Source: a bacterium
Lineage (GTDB): Bacteria; Patescibacteriota; Minisyncoccia; UBA6257; MFKM01
Assembly (NCBI GenBank): GCA_030693325.1
Contig: JAUYAV010000005.1
Span: forward strand, 1-58,117
Reading direction: 5' to 3'
Length of the DNA: 58,117 nt
Shown here: positions 50,306 to 57,414 of the stretch, one piece after another
How the letters are laid out: each line of letters begins with the position of its first letter
How positions within the stretch are numbered: the first letter of the stretch is position 1
Notes under the pieces: generated by a model
Databases searched by the model: none
Told to the model about the DNA's origin: nothing
Seen by the model: only the letters and a program-made list of their open reading frames with translations
Translations under genes and position numbers: made by a program

Positions 50306-51888
50306 TCGGGCCTATAGTTTAATGGTAAAATAAGTCGATGGCATCGACTAGTTGGGAGTTCGATTCTCCCTAGGTCCACTAATTGAGATTTATCACCGGC
50401 AAAATGCTGATTTAACTCGTAAATATAGCCTAATTTGGCGGTTCCAAATCCTTCATTTCGTCTGTAAGGAATTCCCTCCGGAAATATCAGCTTTTGGAAC
50501 TTTGATTGCAGGGGTGGCGCCAAATCAAACCACTGCCGGCCGAGATTGCGAATAAAACTGGTTGCGTAGACTAAGGCAGCTTCAATATCAAATTGTTCTA
50601 TTTTCGCTTCGCTTGAAGAAATTTTGACAGCGGCGACTTCGTTTTCTACCTCTTCTTTCCGTTCAATAAACTCGTCTTTGGTATAAGAGCCGTCCTCGCG
50701 CATCTCGCAGATGCGTTTTTTCTTTGCCTCGAGGAGTTTTAATTGTTTGGCATATTTCTCGGCTTCAAGTTCAAAAATTCGCCCTTTTTCCTGCCATAAA
50801 TCGAGGACAGTTTCTTTAAATACCTTGAGAAATTTCTCTTTCGGCGTAACCTGTTCGAGATAAACCAAAAACTCCTTTTCAAGATCAAGCTTATGAATGC
50901 CTTTGCCGAACATTGAGCATTCTTTGTTTTGGCAGTGGTAATAATAATATTTTCCACCATTACCCCGGGGAGCGCTGCCGGTAAGGGGTCTTGAGCAATC
51001 AGCGCACAGTACCGTCCTTCTGAGCGGGAAGTGGGGATTATATTTATTATGTTTCACTGTCCTTGTCTTGCCCGAACGAACCAGCATAATCTGATACATT
51101 TCATCCTTTGTGATCATGGGGCTGTGAAGTCCGTTTACGTCTTCACCGGTCCACGGATTGAAGATGATTCCCGCGTAGAATTTCAGATACTTTCCCAAAA
51201 TCCTATCTACTAATTGCGGGGTGCTTTTGGTCCCCCGGATATCTTTAAGGCCCCATTGATCCATCATCCGGGCCAGCTCAACCTGCGAGTACAGCCCCTT
51301 TGCGAACTCTTTAAGGGCTTTTTGGATAATCGGGAAAATCTGCTCGTCCGGCGGATCGGGCTGAGTTTTTTTCTCGCCTCGTTTTTTGAAATGGGAACAC
51401 TTATAGCCGAGAGGCTGTCTCCAGGGAAAGATTCCCTGGTTTATTCTTGTGAGCATTCCATCGCTGCATCTTTGTTTTCGGATGGCGTTATCATATTCGG
51501 CTGCCCCGGCCAGCACGGTTTCGATGAATTTTTCCGCCGGCTTGTTGCCGATGGGTTCGGTTACCGAGTGGAGGGTGGTGCCGTAATCCAGGAGAATTTT
51601 GCGGACGGCGAAATGGTCTTCGGTGTTGCGGGCGAACCTGTCAACTCGCAGGACAATAAAGGCCTGGATTTGTTTTTTGTTCTTTCGGCAGAACTCCAGC
51701 GCTTCCAGGAATTTTTTTCTGTTATTCAAACTCAAGTCCTTGGCGCTTTCGCCTTCTTCCCGGAAAAGGGCCACGATTTCAAGGCCTTTCTGCTCGCAGT
51801 ATTTGCGGCAGAGTTCCTCCTGAAATTCGAGGGAGGTTCCTTTGACCTGCTCATCGCTTGATACTCTTGTATAGATAATACCTTTCAT
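50302..51888 (-). CDS. Large serine recombinase (integrase)
   Basis: MKGIIYTRVSSDEQ catalytic-serine motif, a resolvase domain, a recombinase domain and the zinc ribbon CADCSRPLTG...YYYYHCQNKEC, then a coiled-coil-like C-terminus. An alternative upstream ATG lies at 51936. The last about 25 codons are antisense to tRNA-Ala. Confidence 0.88.
   Translation of the reverse strand: MKGIIYTRVSSDEQVKGTSLEFQEELCRKYCEQKGLEIVALFREEGESAKDLSLNNRKKFLEALEFCRKNKKQIQAFIVLRVDRFARNTEDHFAVRKILLDYGTTLHSVTEPIGNKPAEKFIETVLAGAAEYDNAIRKQRCSDGMLTRINQGIFPWRQPLGYKCSHFKKRGEKKTQPDPPDEQIFPIIQKALKEFAKGLYSQVELARMMDQWGLKDIRGTKSTPQLVDRILGKYLKFYAGIIFNPWTGEDVNGLHSPMITKDEMYQIMLVRSGKTRTVKHNKYNPHFPLRRTVLCADCSRPLTGSAPRGNGGKYYYYHCQNKECSMFGKGIHKLDLEKEFLVYLEQVTPKEKFLKVFKETVLDLWQEKGRIFELEAEKYAKQLKLLEAKKKRICEMREDGSYTKDEFIERKEEVENEVAAVKISSSEAKIEQFDIEAALVYATSFIRNLGRQWFDLAPPLQSKFQKLIFPEGIPYRRNEGFGTAKLGYIYELNQHFAGDKSQLVDLGRIELPTSRCHRLILPLNYRPD
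50308..50378 (+). tRNA. tRNA-Ala (anticodon GGC) with G3:U70
   Basis: GGGCCTA TA GTTT AATGGTA AAAT A AGTCG ATGGCAT CGACT AGTT GGGAG TTCGATT CTCCC TAGGTCC A. Confidence 0.9.
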
Positions 51889-51919
51889 AATCCTGTTTAT
51901 GCTTAATCGCGAGGACACA

Positions 51920-52174
51920 TTAGCGTTCTTGTCCATTAAAGTAAAGTCGCGGATTTCGCTTCTTTTTGCGGCATTCCGGGGGCATGTTTGCGGATTCTGT
52001 CTCGTTTAAAGGCGGGCGCTTAAGATCGTTTAATTTATCTGTTCTTTTTTCCTCTTGCCATTTTCCAAAGATAATCTCGGCGAGCAGATAAAATCCATCC
52101 CTGATTTCCTGGATTTCTTTATCCGAGAGGGTGGGGTCGTTTAACAGCTCTTTTGTGCGTTCAAGACTAAGCAT
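51920..52174 (-). CDS. Hypothetical protein
   Basis: 84-aa ORF packed between the RuvC-like and recombinase genes. No motif recognised. Confidence 0.45.
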   Translation of the reverse strand: MLSLERTKELLNDPTLSDKEIQEIRDGFYLLAEIIFGKWQEEKRTDKLNDLKRPPLNETESANMPPECRKKKRNPRLYFNGQER

Positions 52175-52175
52175 T

Positions 52176-52790
52176 TTATTTTCGCCTGGTTTTTAAATAA
52201 CAGATCCCCAGCCCCACGGCGTCAAACATGTGGCTCCAGTACTTTTCTCTAATTTTTCCAAGTCTCTGTTTATTTTTCCGCTTATCCTGGCTTAACATGA
52301 TTTCTAATTTCGCGTGGTCTGATTTTGGATCCTGATTCAGATGGTTTTTTAATTCCGGATAATCGGATTTTTGATCCTCTTCCAGGCGGTTTTTTAGTTC
52401 CGGATAGATGGACGCAGCCAGCTTTGCCACGTCCTTCTTGGCGGCCCTGTCGTTTCCGCAGATTATTTTTCTTACGGCCAGCGGCGAAAACTCACAGACT
52501 TTTATTCTTTCCTTCCCGGCCAGAAACTTGATCTCATTGATTATCGCTTCCAGTAATTTTGATTGCCTGGTCAAGGAAAAGATGGATCTTTCTATCGCCA
52601 GAACGTCCGGAGCATAATCCTCAATCAAAGAGGAAAATACTTTTCTGATTTCTTTCAGCCTTTTTTCGCGGGAACCTTTCAAGTTCAAGATTTTTACCAG
52701 AGAGATGATGAGCTCTTCGCCCTGGAAAACGGCTATTCCCTGAAAGTGGGTACCCGGGTCAATCGCAATTATTTTCTCCTCCTTTTTCAT
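52176..52790 (-). CDS. RuvC-like Holliday junction resolvase-fold nuclease with an internal tandem repeat
   Basis: IIAIDPGTHFQGIAV (first Asp), VLAIERSIF (Glu) and C-terminal HMFDAVGLG follow the RuvC D-E-D/H-D order. The tandem 15-aa repeat is YPELKNRLEEDQKSD / YPELKNHLNQDPKSD. Confidence 0.65.
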   Translation of the reverse strand: MKKEEKIIAIDPGTHFQGIAVFQGEELIISLVKILNLKGSREKRLKEIRKVFSSLIEDYAPDVLAIERSIFSLTRQSKLLEAIINEIKFLAGKERIKVCEFSPLAVRKIICGNDRAAKKDVAKLAASIYPELKNRLEEDQKSDYPELKNHLNQDPKSDHAKLEIMLSQDKRKNKQRLGKIREKYWSHMFDAVGLGICYLKTRRK

Positions 52791-53136
52791 ATTTTTGAAC
52801 TAGATAATTAAACAACGCGCCTTTCGACTTTTTTATTTTGCTTGCAGGAATCTCCTTTACTTGGCTGTAGATTTTTCTCAGGACGCTTCCCGGATATTTC
52901 CGGCAGACCGAAAGATAAAATCCCAGACTCGCCTTATCGTTTAATCCTTCGGCCAAATCTCTGGCTAAAAGTTCTTCTTTCGTTAAAGTGAAGGAATTTG
53001 ATTCGTTATCGTTAGTATCGATACGAACGATATTATTATTTTTATTATCGTTATGATCGTTTCGATTATCGTTATCGATACTATCGTTACGATCGTTAGG
53101 TGCGCTGTTCATGTTTTTTATTTTCGGCTTGGACAA
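52759..53136 (-). CDS. Hypothetical protein with an Asn/Asp-rich N-terminus and a possible winged-helix C-terminus
   Basis: 125 aa. The N-terminal 45 aa are low-complexity N/D. The C-terminal ELLARDLAEGLNDKASLGFYLSVCRKYPGSVLRKIYSQVKEIP looks DNA-binding, which is a weak call. Confidence 0.5.
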   Translation of the reverse strand: MSKPKIKNMNSAPNDRNDSIDNDNRNDHNDNKNNNIVRIDTNDNESNSFTLTKEELLARDLAEGLNDKASLGFYLSVCRKYPGSVLRKIYSQVKEIPASKIKKSKGALFNYLVQKYEKGGENNCD

Positions 53137-53154
53137 AAATTTCGACCTTTTTGG

Positions 53155-53454
53155 TTATCGCAAAACATTCGTGTTTTGGCGTTTTGGGCCAAGCAGCTTC
53201 ATTCTTTCCCCGATTTTTTCCTGCCATTCCTGCCGGTAATCGAGAAAAACGTCCTCGACCGTTCTCCGGGTGACGACGGCCAGCCCGATGGCGTTATAAA
53301 TGCCGGGTTCTTTTTCGCCCCTTTCCCATTTGGAAATCTGGGAATGATCCATTCCCATGAGAAAAGCCGCTTCTTTCTGGCTGAGATTTATCGCCTTCCG
53401 GCAATTGTGAATCCTGTTTCTTATTCTCGGTTTTCTTTTTGACTGATTTTTCAT
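53155..53454 (-). CDS. XRE-family helix-turn-helix transcriptional regulator
   Basis: INLSQKEAAFLMGMDHSQISKWERGEKEP is a classic HTH_XRE pattern. Confidence 0.85.
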   Translation of the reverse strand: MKNQSKRKPRIRNRIHNCRKAINLSQKEAAFLMGMDHSQISKWERGEKEPGIYNAIGLAVVTRRTVEDVFLDYRQEWQEKIGERMKLLGPKRQNTNVLR

Positions 53455-53497
53455 GTTGTCTTGGTCCTAAAATTTCCCGGCCGAATCAAGCTGTCCG

Positions 53498-53644
53498 TTA
53501 AGAACGATCGCTATCTGTAGAAGCCCCGGCCAAAAGATCGGCGATTCTTGCCAGGAAGCCTTTTATTTTTTTCAACTCCTCTTCGGAAAAGGCCTCCCGC
53601 AATATCCCCGCGAGTTTTTTTAACTGTTCCTGTTTTTCTTCCAT
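53498..53644 (-). CDS. Possible small helical protein (48 aa, below the ORF-track cutoff)
   Basis: My translation is MEEKQEQLKKLAGILREAFSEEELKKIKGFLARIADLLAGASTDSDRS. It lies upstream of the XRE gene and in the same orientation. It competes with the listed 53511..53708 ORF, which looks like junk. Confidence 0.35.
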   Translation of the reverse strand: MEEKQEQLKKLAGILREAFSEEELKKIKGFLARIADLLAGASTDSDRS

Positions 53645-53679
53645 TACTTTTGAGCCTAACAACCGGCGCCAGATTAATA

Positions 53680-53737
53680 AATAAAGTAAAATTTGAACTT
53701 TCGGACACGTGTCCTGAAAGCCGAATTTTACTTTATT
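53680..53737. promoter_or_regulatory. 58-bp imperfect palindrome in the divergent control region (candidate operator)
   Basis: AATAAAGTAAAATT...GGACAC|GTGTCC...AATTTTACTTTATT: 14-nt perfect outer arms and a 12-nt perfect core, with mismatched segments between them. Confidence 0.5.
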
Positions 53738-53942
53738 GATGATGGGTTGCTTTAGTTTTTTAATTAGACCGGAACCTTAAAAACTTAAAAGGGGGTGATA
53801 AGAATGTTTTAATGGTCGGAGGCCCATGACCAGAGGGACTGGGAAATAGCGGAAAGCCTGGCCGATTTTTTATCAGCCAGGCTTGTCTGAATAACAACAC
53901 AAAACGGGAGTTTTGTCAACAGACAGGAAAGGGGTGAGCAAG

Positions 53943-54179
53943 ATGAACTTGAATGAACTGGGCAATAGAAAAGCGATGATCACCATCGCCGGTGAGGAAG
54001 TGGAGGTCAACGCCTCTGACTCCGTGAAGGACGCCTTAAAGCGAATCCTTCAGGAAAAAGGCATTGATTCTTTTACCATCCTGGTTGACGGTAAAGAGGT
54101 TACCGCGACCGAAGATCTGCCGCAGGCGTTTTCCGGACATGTAATTGAAGTGGAAAGATACGTCAAGGCGGGAAGATAA
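53943..54179 (+). CDS. Ubiquitin-like (ThiS/MoaD-type beta-grasp) protein, 78 aa, C-terminus ...YVKAGR
   Basis: The size and pattern MITIAGEEVEV...DALKRIL...ILVDGKEV...GHVIEVERYVKAG-R parallel ThiS/MoaD proteins, which end in GG. GGGGTGAG precedes the ATG at 53943. First gene of an operon with E2-, E1- and JAB-like genes. Confidence 0.6.
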   Translation: MNLNELGNRKAMITIAGEEVEVNASDSVKDALKRILQEKGIDSFTILVDGKEVTATEDLPQAFSGHVIEVERYVKAGR

Positions 54180-54254
54180 CGAACCGGAGGCAGGCAAAGG
54201 GGGTTTTAACACTCTCCTTGCCTGCCTTCTTTCTTGAGAAGGGAAGGAGAAAAG

Positions 54255-54842
54255 ATGATTGATACAAAGCTTATAGACCGGGCAAAGGAAAAATCAAAGG
54301 TCATCGCTGAAATAGATTCTTCCTGGCGAAAGTTCGTGGGCCTTTTGAAAGAAAATACCTTTGCCGTGCCTTTCAAGGCTGACTACGCGGCGTTGGTAAA
54401 GGATGGTTGTTTTTTGGTTGAGGGATACAGCGGCCCGCTTTTCGTGGATAAGCTCTGTTGCAAAGGCAAGGCCTACCAGCTCAAAAAGCCGGTTGCGTAT
54501 TATCCTTTCAGGATATACGGGGTCTATGACTCGGGGAGAAATTTCCAGAGATTTGTGGCCGCGCCGGAAATGGGTTTTCACTACCTTGGGCTAAGCAACG
54601 AGGGACACGGTATCTGCACCGGGGACATCCAGTACGTAAACCCGGATTCCCTGCCTGCTTTGAAAGAAGTTTGTTTAAAGATTGCCAGGGCATTCCGGGT
54701 GATTAACCTTGAGTCATTGGGCACGGTTTTCCTGCCCGAGGAATACGCTTCCTTAAGAAACATCCTTTCGGACAAAGACACGGACTCAAAGATAAAGTTG
54801 GAGAAATTGCTTTCGGAGAATCTGATTGCAGAAATACTTTAA
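54255..54842 (+). CDS. E2 (UBC)-like protein candidate
   Basis: 195 aa. The segment YPFRIYGVYD...FHYLGLSNEGHGICTGD resembles the UBC active-site flap (HPN...G.IC). GGAAGGAG precedes the ATG. The call rests on position between the Ubl and E1 genes and is not proven. Confidence 0.5.
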   Translation: MIDTKLIDRAKEKSKVIAEIDSSWRKFVGLLKENTFAVPFKADYAALVKDGCFLVEGYSGPLFVDKLCCKGKAYQLKKPVAYYPFRIYGVYDSGRNFQRFVAAPEMGFHYLGLSNEGHGICTGDIQYVNPDSLPALKEVCLKIARAFRVINLESLGTVFLPEEYASLRNILSDKDTDSKIKLEKLLSENLIAEIL

Positions 54843-54857
54843 GGAGGTGATTTATTT

Positions 54858-55799
54858 ATGTTGGGAAACGCGCTTTATGAAAGGCAGAACCTGATAGCGG
54901 ATCTGGATATCCCCGAGGTTGCCACAGTCATCGGCGTAGGCGGCACGGGTTTTTGGACGGCCGTCTTCCTGGCGATGTCAGGGGTTGAGGAAATAATCCT
55001 GGTGGATAAGGATATGGTTGAGGCTTCTAACTTGAACCGCCTGCCGCTGAAGGATTCGCTTATCGGGGTGAAGAAAATAAACGCGGCCAGCGATTTCATC
55101 AGCCAGATACGCAGTCCGGTAAGAATCGAGGCCCATGACCTGCGCATTGAAAAGCCGCAGGACTGTACTGTCTTGAGGGGGATGGTTTTCTGCTGCACGG
55201 ATAATTTAAAGAGCCAGCAGATTGTCTGCGCTTATTGCAAGAAAAACAAAATTCCCTACCAGAGGATAGGTTATGACGGAACAATCTTGAACGTTTCAAA
55301 AACATTCCCTCTTTCCTTCAAGGAAGAGGTTGGGGAAACTGGTTATAGCGTTACCCCGTCCTGGGTTATTCCCGCGGTTTTTGCCGCGGCAGCCGGGGTA
55401 TCCTCAAAGCTCTACAAAGAGCTCTGCCTGATGGATGATATCGGCAAAATCAATATTCAGAACTCTTCGTTTGTTGCCGAGGGGATCCTTGATGAGGCGA
55501 GGGAAGAGGAAAAAGAAAATATTATTGAGAATATCCATGAATACATACCGGACAGCTACGGCTGTTGCGAGGACTGCAATCGTGTTGATCCTGACAACGG
55601 CGATTACGGCTATTGCCCTGATTGCGAAGAACGTTACAACGAAGATGATTTGAAAGAGATAAAAGAAAAAGCGCGCAATGAGGAATATGACCGGATAATT
55701 GAGCAGATTGAAACGGGAGAAATCAGCGATGCAAAACTCATAGCAGCCATTAAAAAATGGTGTGAGCAAAAGGAGGATACAGAGAATGTTAGAAAATGA
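54858..55799 (+). CDS. ThiF/MoeB/E1-family adenylyltransferase (ubiquitin-activating-enzyme-like)
   Basis: Rossmann motif VIGVGGTGFWTAVFLAMSG, VDKDMVEASNLNRL and VFCCTDN, then the zinc-type pair CCEDC...CPDC and an acidic helical tail. A strong AAGGAGG RBS precedes the start. Confidence 0.85.
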   Translation: MLGNALYERQNLIADLDIPEVATVIGVGGTGFWTAVFLAMSGVEEIILVDKDMVEASNLNRLPLKDSLIGVKKINAASDFISQIRSPVRIEAHDLRIEKPQDCTVLRGMVFCCTDNLKSQQIVCAYCKKNKIPYQRIGYDGTILNVSKTFPLSFKEEVGETGYSVTPSWVIPAVFAAAAGVSSKLYKELCLMDDIGKINIQNSSFVAEGILDEAREEEKENIIENIHEYIPDSYGCCEDCNRVDPDNGDYGYCPDCEERYNEDDLKEIKEKARNEEYDRIIEQIETGEISDAKLIAAIKKWCEQKEDTENVRK

Positions 55800-56580
55800 T
55801 CTTCTCAAGAGAAGTAATATTCTGGAAGTAAAGATAAAAAATTACGGCGAATGCGGCTTTTGCAGCGATTTGGATAATCAGGAAACCTTAAAAATTCCCT
55901 GGGATATCTGGAGTCAGTGGCTGCATCTCAGCCAATGCTTGGGTAGCAAGGAATGGGGAGCGGTATTCTGGATAAAGGATAATTCCGTTACGCGCTTTAA
56001 GATACCCAGGCAGGAGGTTAGCTCGACTGACTGCGAATTCAAGGAAGAGTTAGGCGGTGACGGCATAGTGCATTCGCACCACGACATGGGGGCGTTTCAT
56101 TCAACTCAGGATGACCGCCACGCAAGAAATCTCTATGCCTACAGCATCGTTCTTTCAAACGCAAAAGGCTACGAGGCGACTAAAAGGATAAAACTGCCCT
56201 GCGCCGGTTTTGGCTATGTCAGGGTGGAACTGCGACTGGTCGATCTTCCGGATGTTGAGCTTTCAAAGATAACCGAAAGGCCGATCATTGAAGCTTACAT
56301 TCCGGCAGAGACACAGGATGAATCTCCCTGCGAAAAATGCGCCACCGGTGATTGCGGAAACTGTAAGCTTACGGACGTAGCCCGGCTGCCCTGCGATAAC
56401 TGCGTAAGCCTCAAGTGCAAGGAATGCCAGTTTACCTTTGCCGACACGGTTGATATGTTTCCCTTTTGCAGCTTGTGCGAGGATGGATTATGTAACCAAT
56501 GCGACAGGCTCGCCAAGTATTTGGAGAACTATCCGGATGACAAAAAATGCTTTGAGCATCTTCTTGTTGGCAAAACCTAA
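55786..56580 (+). CDS. JAB/JAMM (MPN+) metallopeptidase with a C-terminal six-CxxC zinc-ribbon-like extension
   Basis: Exact JAMM spacing H-x-H-x7-S-x2-D in VHSHHDMGAFHSTQD (56071..56112). AGGAGG lies 8 nt before the ATG at 55786. Overlaps the E1 gene by 14 nt. The C-terminus has CEKC, CGNC, CDNC, CKEC, CSLC and CNQC. Confidence 0.85.
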   Translation: MLENDLLKRSNILEVKIKNYGECGFCSDLDNQETLKIPWDIWSQWLHLSQCLGSKEWGAVFWIKDNSVTRFKIPRQEVSSTDCEFKEELGGDGIVHSHHDMGAFHSTQDDRHARNLYAYSIVLSNAKGYEATKRIKLPCAGFGYVRVELRLVDLPDVELSKITERPIIEAYIPAETQDESPCEKCATGDCGNCKLTDVARLPCDNCVSLKCKECQFTFADTVDMFPFCSLCEDGLCNQCDRLAKYLENYPDDKKCFEHLLVGKT

Positions 56581-56603
56581 TAATGAAAAAGGAGGCTATA
56601 ACC

Positions 56604-56930
56604 ATGTGGAATAAGCCAGGCCCTGAAGAGCTTGCAAAAATTCCGGTCATGTACTCAACCGAAAGCGTGTCCTTAAAGGAAAAGATGATTCACATGCACT
56701 TCTTTTTGGGAGGATGCGACTGGTATGCGGCTGAGTACGATTCTGAAAGCCGGATATTTTTTGGCTTTGCCATACTCAACGACGATCTGGAGATGGCGGA
56801 ATGGGGATACTTTTCTTTGCAGGAATTGTGCGATCTGAAAGTAGGGTTCCTCGAGGTGGACAGGGATTTGCATTTTGAACCGAGAAAAGCGATGGAAATA
56901 GAAAGAATCAGACAGGCGGAAAGGAGGTAA
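56604..56930 (+). CDS. DUF2958-like protein
   Basis: MHFFLGGCDWYAAEYDSESRIFFGFAILNDDLEMAEWGYFSLQELCDL matches my recollection of the DUF2958 family common on plasmids and ICEs. AGGAGG precedes the ATG at 56604; an alternative ATG lies at 56583. Confidence 0.65.
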   Translation: MWNKPGPEELAKIPVMYSTESVSLKEKMIHMHFFLGGCDWYAAEYDSESRIFFGFAILNDDLEMAEWGYFSLQELCDLKVGFLEVDRDLHFEPRKAMEIERIRQAERR

Positions 56931-57000
56931 TGAATCTGTTTGGGAAAAAGATGTATCGGTATTAGAGAGAATAGAAAGAAACCAAAAAAAGGAGGAAAAG

Positions 57001-57345
57001 ATGCGTATCTTAGCTAACTACGGATGCAAAACCAACGGCGAGAGTTATTCGGTAACCTTTGAGACCATGGGCGATGTCAGCAAGGAAAAGGCGGAGTCAA
57101 CCATTGATGAACTCTTCGGCTTGGCCAAAGAGGCAGTCAAAAGGCAAATTGAAGGCAAAGTCCCGGGTCCGAAACAAGAAAATTCCCAGGAACCGCAGCC
57201 AAAGAATCCTGACGCGCCGGCCAGCAAGAAACAGGTAAACCTCATTATCAAACTGGCCAAGGAGAAAGGGAAATTTATTGAAAATCCTAGCGCCTTAACC
57301 ATGACTGAGGCCAGCCAGACCATTGAAGAACTGATGGCGGTGTAG
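57001..57345 (+). CDS. Hypothetical protein (114 aa)
   Basis: A strong AAGGAGG RBS. Last gene before the operon terminator. The C-terminal APASKKQVNLIIKLAKEKG...LTMTEASQTIEELM looks like a helical module. No firm family call. Confidence 0.55.
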   Translation: MRILANYGCKTNGESYSVTFETMGDVSKEKAESTIDELFGLAKEAVKRQIEGKVPGPKQENSQEPQPKNPDAPASKKQVNLIIKLAKEKGKFIENPSALTMTEASQTIEELMAV

Positions 57346-57414
57346 CGACAACAAAGAAAATTCTTTCCTCTGGTGCTTAAATTCTGAAAATCGGAGACAA
57401 AGAATAACAACAAC

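Noticed and set aside
53511-53739. ORFs 53511..53708 (-) and 53548..53739 (+)
   Set aside because: They overlap each other in the control region with poor composition. A different minus-strand frame gives a cleaner 48-aa helical peptide (53498..53644), itself only a low-confidence call.
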